Of a DNA stretch of 46,053 nucleotides, positions 41,181 through 46,053 are shown piece by piece; within the stretch, counting starts at the first letter, position 1; every line of letters starts with the position of its first letter. The notes below the pieces were generated by a model. It saw only the letters and a program-made list of their open reading frames with translations, had not been told where the DNA came from and searched no databases. The stretch is taken from NCBI GenBank assembly GCA_001787585.1, contig MFXW01000074.1:1-46053 (forward strand), written 5' to 3'. The position numbers were made by a program, and so were the translations under genes. The DNA comes from Candidatus Peribacteria bacterium RIFCSPHIGHO2_02_FULL_53_20 (GTDB lineage: Bacteria > Patescibacteriota > Gracilibacteria > Peribacterales > Peribacteraceae).

Positions 41181-41960
41181 ATGAATACTTCACATCGCAT
41201 TCCTGAACGGGCTGTCATCAAGATAGGAACAGATTCCATAACGCCAAAAGTCATCGAAGCTCTTGCCGCGCAAATGGCAGAAATTCGCCAGCAGGTCAGT
41301 GGTCTCATTCTCGTTTCATCGGGTGCTATGCAATATGGTCGTCTCGACCAAGGAGCAACAAAACATCCAGCGGAAACTGTTGCAGACAAGAAATTTTTTG
41401 CGTCAGTCGGGCAGCCTAAGTTAATGGCTGCATATGCTAAAGCATTTCAGAAGCACGGCATATCTGTTGCTCAAGGACTCGTAACGTGGGATGACTTTGA
41501 TAGTCGTAAAAGGCGTAAACAAGTAAATGAAGTATGGCAAAGAAGTTTAACAGCAAAACGAAAGACAATTCTTGTCGTGAATGAAAATGATTTTACGGCA
41601 GATGATGAAATAGCCGGTTTTAGAGATAACGACCATCTTGCTCAGGAAGTCGCTGAATTGATTCATGCAAATGAGGTGCTCTTTCTGTCCAAGACGAACG
41701 GTGTCAGGCGCAATATAAAAGATCCACGTTCTCGTATTGCAGTCGTTGAGCATGGTGACGAACAATGGAAAAATTGGGTGGGAGAGAGTACTTCAGGAAA
41801 CGGCAAGGGGGGCATGAGAAATAAATGCCAAACGGCCGCAGATCTTGCAGATCATGGGATCGATGTCGTGATTGCCGGCGCTAACATACGCAACGTGGCT
41901 TCGCGCATTCTTCTCCATGGCGAAGCGATTGGCACCCACTTCTTGCCAAAGCAACGCTAA
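41181..41960 (+). CDS. proB: Glutamate 5-kinase-like amino-acid kinase (no PUA domain)
   Basis: AVIKIGTDSIT, LILVSSGAMQYG, FASVGQPKLMAAY, LVVNENDFTADDEI.GFRDNDHLAQEVA, GKGGMRNKCQTAA..GIDVVIAGA parallel the G5K motifs. Confidence 0.75.
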   Translation: MNTSHRIPERAVIKIGTDSITPKVIEALAAQMAEIRQQVSGLILVSSGAMQYGRLDQGATKHPAETVADKKFFASVGQPKLMAAYAKAFQKHGISVAQGLVTWDDFDSRKRRKQVNEVWQRSLTAKRKTILVVNENDFTADDEIAGFRDNDHLAQEVAELIHANEVLFLSKTNGVRRNIKDPRSRIAVVEHGDEQWKNWVGESTSGNGKGGMRNKCQTAADLADHGIDVVIAGANIRNVASRILLHGEAIGTHFLPKQR

Positions 41961-42029
41961 GCATTCTCGTAAGATTTCTCCCCATCCTTCGGCCTCTCCT
42001 CTGCACCTTCCGCTATTCTGTCTCTGTCT

Positions 42030-43199
42030 ATGCCACACACGATGTTCCACCGTTTCCTCTCAATCGCGACAATTGCCGCGACCGTTCTTGCAGCTTTTCC
42101 CGCCCATGCGCGGACGGTGGATCGCGTGAATTCCGCTTATTACCGGCAGCCGCTCTATATGCGACTTTCGCGAAGGACTATTCGCGCGACCGTGCGCAAA
42201 CCTGTGCGCCCTCCTCGTATCTCCTCCGCTTCCTCTTCCGCATCGTCCGTTTCGTCCGCGTTCCCTGCCTCTTCGTACGATCCGGATAGCGATGTCTCCC
42301 TCGGTGGTCGCATTGCGCTTCTGGGGGATGCATCCCCCGTACTCGGTTCGGTAAAGGTATTTAACAATGCCGAGCCGCTCAGGATCGAGACGGTCACGGT
42401 CACACTCGAGAATGCCGTCACGTCCGTCGATCATTTGCTCATCTACGATCATGACGGTGGACTTCTGGGATCTGCTCGCCTTGATTCCAGCGTGAGCGGA
42501 GGAAAGACGTACCTTCTCAATATCAAAACCAGAAAGCTCACGATTCCACAGCGCAGCGAGTACTCCTTCTACGTGCGGGCGCAGCTCAAGAACCGCGATG
42601 CCGGTGGCGTGAGCGCAGAGCTTCTGCAGATCGACTCGATCGCCGTTGCTGGAGTCGGTGGCTGGAGTAACCGGACATACGCACAATCGCTCACCGGTAC
42701 TTTTGGCATGCACCAGACTGCACGGTCGATGATCACAGGCATCATCAATGCAGGAGCCGTCAATGAGCCACTGCTTTCAGGAAGCGACCGCGAGATCGGC
42801 AGATTCCGGTTCATCGGCGTGCGCAATGATGGGGGCGCGGATCTTCGGCTCGCGCAGCTCACATTCACGCTTTCCCATGTCGGCGGAGTGACACTCAGTG
42901 ATGTCCAGATCGTCGCGGACGGCAGCAGCGACCGGGCAAGTTGCACGATTTCCTCTTCCACGATCACGTGTCCACTTTCGGCTTCATTCGGTTCGCTCAC
43001 GAGCAGCTCCCGCATCCTTACACTTCTTGCTGATGTCACCGTGCCAAGCACTGCCCCCCGTGCGTCATTGCAACTCAGTCTCAATGAACCAGGCACGTCT
43101 TCCTCCGCAGGATCTATCCAATGGACAGACGGGACGACGACGTTTGATTGGGTGGGATTTGAGGGACCGGTAGCAAGGGGGACGTACTATTCGTATTAG
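42030..43199 (+). CDS. Secreted hypothetical protein (389 aa), two beta-rich modules
   Basis: Signal peptide-like FLSIATIAATVLAAFPAHA, a Ser-rich linker, then beta-strand-like repeats. No family recognised. Confidence 0.7.
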   Translation: MPHTMFHRFLSIATIAATVLAAFPAHARTVDRVNSAYYRQPLYMRLSRRTIRATVRKPVRPPRISSASSSASSVSSAFPASSYDPDSDVSLGGRIALLGDASPVLGSVKVFNNAEPLRIETVTVTLENAVTSVDHLLIYDHDGGLLGSARLDSSVSGGKTYLLNIKTRKLTIPQRSEYSFYVRAQLKNRDAGGVSAELLQIDSIAVAGVGGWSNRTYAQSLTGTFGMHQTARSMITGIINAGAVNEPLLSGSDREIGRFRFIGVRNDGGADLRLAQLTFTLSHVGGVTLSDVQIVADGSSDRASCTISSSTITCPLSASFGSLTSSSRILTLLADVTVPSTAPRASLQLSLNEPGTSSSAGSIQWTDGTTTFDWVGFEGPVARGTYYSY

Positions 43200-43345
43200 C
43201 TTCCCCCCATCCCCCGACCCCTTCCTCCACGGGAGGAAGGGGAGCTCTGTTTCCAGAGTGAAGAAGCAATTGTCTTTCCTTGTTGCATGCATACAAAACA
43301 CACACATCCCCCTCCTCCTGTGGAGGAGGGGTTAGGGGTGGGGGC
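43200..43345. repeat. G/C-tract composite palindromic element, copy C (full length)
   Basis: cttccccccatcccccgaccccttcctccacgggaggaaggggagctctgtt, ~55-nt spacer similar to copy B, atccccctcctcctgtggaggaggggttaggggtggggg. It lies between the convergent genes ending at 43199 and 43364. Confidence 0.9.
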
Positions 43346-43363
43346 GAAGAGGCGGAAGCGAGG

Positions 43364-45634
43364 TCACAATTTCTTCAACGGCGCAATACTCAGCGCCAGC
43401 GTCTTCTCCTGTCCCGAATCAAACCACACCGTTGCGATGTCTCCGCGCAATGCGGTAACGGTACCCGCGCCGAAGGTGGGATGGTGCACGCGGTTGCCGA
43501 TATCGAAGGCATCTTGGTTGTCATTCTCTGATGTAAAGGAAAGATCTTGATTGAACTCCACGCTCACTTCTTCCTGGCGGAATGGTTGGAGAGACGATTT
43601 CCGCGACTCTTCGCTGATCATTTTTTTCGATGCCCAGGCAAAGGCGCTCAGAATGTCGTCACTGCGGCGCTCGGTGACACTCTCCGGGAGATCATCGAGG
43701 AAACGGCTTCCGGCATTGGCGCGCGTTTCGCCCCAAAGCATGCGACTGCGAGCAAGAAGAAGCCGAAGATGTGTTTTTGCCCGCGTCATCCCGACGTACA
43801 TAATCCGACGTTCCTCTTCGAGTTGCTCCGGATCAAACATCGAAGAACTGTGGGGGAAGATTCCTTCTTCGCAGCCGGCAATGGTCACTGCTTCGAACTC
43901 GAGTCCTTTGCAGAGATGGAGCGTCATCAACGTGAGCGCGTCGTCTTTCGTGTCATTGAGTTTATCCACTTCCGAAACGAGGCTCGCTTCCTCGAGGAAG
44001 CTGAGGAGCGATGTCTGCGGATCGAGCTGGTCGTATTTGCGCATGACCGAGAGCAATTCTTCGATGTTGCCCCAGCGGTCTTCACCTTCATCCGTATCAT
44101 CACGGATCCACTTTTCCATCCCTATGGCATCGAGAAGCCAGCGCGTGAGATCAGTCACGGGCATTCTTTCTGCTTTGCGTTTGGCTTCGATGATCAAATC
44201 TGCAAACTTCTTCAGTCGAAGTCCTGTCGCTTCCGCGAGTGCCGGAATTTCTTCTGCGCGCTGCAATGCTTCCCAGAGGATGATCGATTGCGCGGAGCAA
44301 AATGCCTGCAAATGTGAGAGGGTCGTCTCACCAATTTTGCGGCTGGGGACATTGAGGATTCGCAGCAGTGATAGGGAGTCTTCAGGATTCAGAATCACGT
44401 GCAGATACGCGAGGACATCTTTGATCTCGCGGCGGAGATAGAACTTCGTCCCGCCGATGATGCGGTAGGGGATGGCTGCGCGCATGCAGGCTTCTTCAAA
44501 GAGGCGGGACTGAGCGTTCGTGCGGTACAGAATCACTTGATGATTGAGAGTCATGCCAACGCCTCGGTGCTTGAGTGCCGTGCGCACCGCATCTTCCGCT
44601 TCGCTGCGTTCGTCATGCACTTCATTGACGATCACCTTCGGGCCTTCGGTGCGGTCGGTCCACATTTTCTTCTCGGGGCGGTTGGGATTTGCCGCGATCA
44701 CGGCATCGGCCGCAGTGAGAATCATCTGGGTCGATCGATAATTCCGGTCGAGCGTGTGCTGAGTGGCATCCGGATAATCTTTCTTGAATTCCAGGATGTT
44801 TCGGATATCCGCGCCGCGGAAGGAATAGATCGACTGGTCGGGATCACCGATGACGCAGAGATTTTTATGAGCGGCTGCAAGCTGTGTCACGAAGAGATAC
44901 TGCGCATGGTTCGTGTCTTGGTACTCGTCAACATGCAGGTATTTCCACGTGCGCTGATACCGTTCCAGCACCTTCGGGATTTCATGGAAGAGTCGGACGG
45001 TTTCGAGCATCAGGTCATCAAAATCCAGCGCATTATTTGTGTGCAGCGCTTTCTCGTACCGCGCGTACACGTCGATCACGAGCTGCATCTTGGCACTGGT
45101 TGCCTGAAGTTTCGCTTCTGCCGGGCTTACCGCTTCGGATTTGAATCGCCCGATATAGCCGAGTGCGGCGCGAGCTTTCAGATCCGTTTCATCGATTTTC
45201 ATTTCCTTCAGCAATTCTTTCACCAGTTTTTCCTGATCATCTGCATCATAGATCACAAAACTCCGCTCGCGGCCGAGATGTTCAATGTCTCTGCGGAGAA
45301 TTCTCGCACACACACTGTGGAATGTTCCCATGACAGGCAATCGCGATTGCCTGTCACCCTGAGCGTAGTCGAAGGGTGCTATTTCGTCCGAAGTCGTAAT
45401 ACTGAGCAGGTTCTTTACTCGCTCCTTCATTTCATTCGCCGCTTTATTGGTGAATGTCACCGCGAGGATCTGCCATGGCTCTACACCGCGTTGTATTAAA
45501 TACGCGATGCGGTGCGTGAGGGCACGGGTTTTTCCTGATCCCGCTCCGGCTAAGATGAACAACGGACCCTCCGTTTGCAGCACGGCAGCGCGCTGCGAGT
45601 CATTGAGAGGGGAGAGGATGGGATCGGCGTTCAC
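43364..45634 (-). CDS. pcrA: ATP-dependent DNA helicase PcrA/UvrD (SF1)
   Basis: LNDSQRAAV, AGAGSGKT, GTFHSVCARILR, HVDEYQDTN, GDPDQSIYSFRGA, LDRNYRST, TLMTLHLCKGLEFEAV, YVGMTRAK. Confidence 0.95.
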   Translation of the reverse strand: MNADPILSPLNDSQRAAVLQTEGPLFILAGAGSGKTRALTHRIAYLIQRGVEPWQILAVTFTNKAANEMKERVKNLLSITTSDEIAPFDYAQGDRQSRLPVMGTFHSVCARILRRDIEHLGRERSFVIYDADDQEKLVKELLKEMKIDETDLKARAALGYIGRFKSEAVSPAEAKLQATSAKMQLVIDVYARYEKALHTNNALDFDDLMLETVRLFHEIPKVLERYQRTWKYLHVDEYQDTNHAQYLFVTQLAAAHKNLCVIGDPDQSIYSFRGADIRNILEFKKDYPDATQHTLDRNYRSTQMILTAADAVIAANPNRPEKKMWTDRTEGPKVIVNEVHDERSEAEDAVRTALKHRGVGMTLNHQVILYRTNAQSRLFEEACMRAAIPYRIIGGTKFYLRREIKDVLAYLHVILNPEDSLSLLRILNVPSRKIGETTLSHLQAFCSAQSIILWEALQRAEEIPALAEATGLRLKKFADLIIEAKRKAERMPVTDLTRWLLDAIGMEKWIRDDTDEGEDRWGNIEELLSVMRKYDQLDPQTSLLSFLEEASLVSEVDKLNDTKDDALTLMTLHLCKGLEFEAVTIAGCEEGIFPHSSSMFDPEQLEEERRIMYVGMTRAKTHLRLLLARSRMLWGETRANAGSRFLDDLPESVTERRSDDILSAFAWASKKMISEESRKSSLQPFRQEEVSVEFNQDLSFTSENDNQDAFDIGNRVHHPTFGAGTVTALRGDIATVWFDSGQEKTLALSIAPLKKL
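45332..45378. repeat. Palindromic insertion in frame inside pcrA
   Basis: A perfect 24-bp palindrome gacaggcaatcg/cgattgcctgtc (45332-45355) abuts the hairpin caccct-gagcgtagtcga-agggtg (45355-45378). Together they encode ..APFDYAQGDRQSRLPV.. just before the GTFHS motif. Confidence 0.8.
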
Positions 45635-45717
45635 TCGTGTATTCTACCGATCTTCCGCTGAGCTTTCGATGGTTTTGCTGTGATTACACATATACCATCG
45701 GTTGCTTTGCATGGTTT

Positions 45718-45744
45718 CCACTTTCTTTGGCGCAAAGAAAGTGG
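45718..45744. repeat. Perfect hairpin, 12-bp stem and 3-nt loop
   Basis: ccactttctttg-gcg-caaagaaagtgg. Confidence 0.8.
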
Positions 45745-45757
45745 AGAAAGAAACATC

Positions 45758-45902
45758 GGTCGCAGATGGAAAAGCGCCTACGCATCTGGCGCGAAGGGAG
45801 CGGAAAACGCGAACTCGCTTCTCGCTGCGGCTCGTCGCTCAAACAGCGCGTTTTCTTGCGCTCCCTTCGCTGGATGCGTCACGGCGCTTTTCCAATGCGA
45901 CC
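45758..45902. repeat. Long imperfect inverted-repeat element (~55-nt arms, ~35-nt centre)
   Basis: Left arm is ggtcgcagatggaaaagcgcctacgcatctggcgcgaagggagcggaaaacgcg. The reverse complement of the right arm is ggtcgcattggaaaagcgccgtgacgcatccagcgaagggagcgcaagaaaacgcg. Confidence 0.8.
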
Positions 45903-46053
45903 GAACCCTGTTTTATAAGAAGGCAAAAACTCTATTATCGCTTGCGCATCTAATTACCCCTTCTATGATCGTGGCTTTGGGACAAGGTTAGAATCTATTG
46001 ACGGGGTTTTGTGAGGGGAAATGAAAGCAGGATATTGATGCTGACGCATGGAG

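Noticed and set aside
43547-45499. Three plus-strand ORFs of 256-366 aa
   Set aside because: All are antisense shadows of the pcrA/uvrD helicase gene, whose SF1 motifs are unambiguous on the minus strand.
45635-46053. Possible structured RNA gene (tmRNA, SRP RNA, RNase P or 6S RNA) in the 420-nt ORF-free end of the window
   Set aside because: I could not find the conserved cores: no tRNA-like tmRNA ends, no SRP GGAA/GNAR domain IV motif, and no RNase P P4 signature. The region is dominated by the inverted-repeat element described above.

Overview
The window reads like a chromosomal segment of an uncultivated, small-genome bacterium. Its gene content, with many orphan membrane and secreted proteins, a short ComEC and a four-helix-bundle cassette, looks CPR/Patescibacteria-like. 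That is inference only, since no search was possible. The genetic code appears standard: conserved genes end at TGA, TAA or TAG and none is interrupted by an in-frame stop.

I can support about 52 protein-coding genes, one pseudogene fragment and one tRNA-Glu(UUC). There is no rRNA and no CRISPR.

Housekeeping backbone: hpf, proS, pyrG, a Liv-type ABC importer (1 ATPase, 2 paralogous lipoprotein binding proteins, 2 permeases), pyrD-pyrK (class 1B DHODH), a cold-shock protein, rsmA-comEC, a proB-like kinase, pcrA/uvrD, a LOG-family protein and a TMEM175-type channel.

Accessory or unknown content:
(i) An orphan five-gene operon at 1335-8133 ends in a ~1332-aa multi-pass membrane protein. This is my best candidate for an undescribed system.
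(ii) An AbiEii-type nucleotidyltransferase cassette sits between a truncated and an intact PD-(D/E)XK (Cas4/AddB-like) nuclease gene.
(iii) Two paralogous ECF sigma modules are surrounded by orphan envelope proteins and an IS1595-like transposase gene.
(iv) A soluble PAS histidine kinase carries 84-bp tandem repeats at its 5-prime end and is followed by two stand-alone receiver proteins.

The non-coding architecture is the most unusual aspect:
- A ~150-bp G/C-tract composite palindromic element is present in 3 copies.
- A perfect 28-bp inverted repeat brackets the four-helix-bundle gene, forming an IVS-like cassette between pyrG and the liv operon.
- Inverted arrays of tandem 7-8-mers occur, including two that lie in frame inside the nuclease gene.
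- A palindromic insertion lies in frame inside pcrA.
- A long inverted-repeat element lies upstream of pcrA.
- A 21-codon Gly/Cys/His micro-ORF is flanked by a palindrome and an intrinsic terminator.

All family assignments come from motif recognition by eye. Coordinates of starts and repeat borders were derived by hand.
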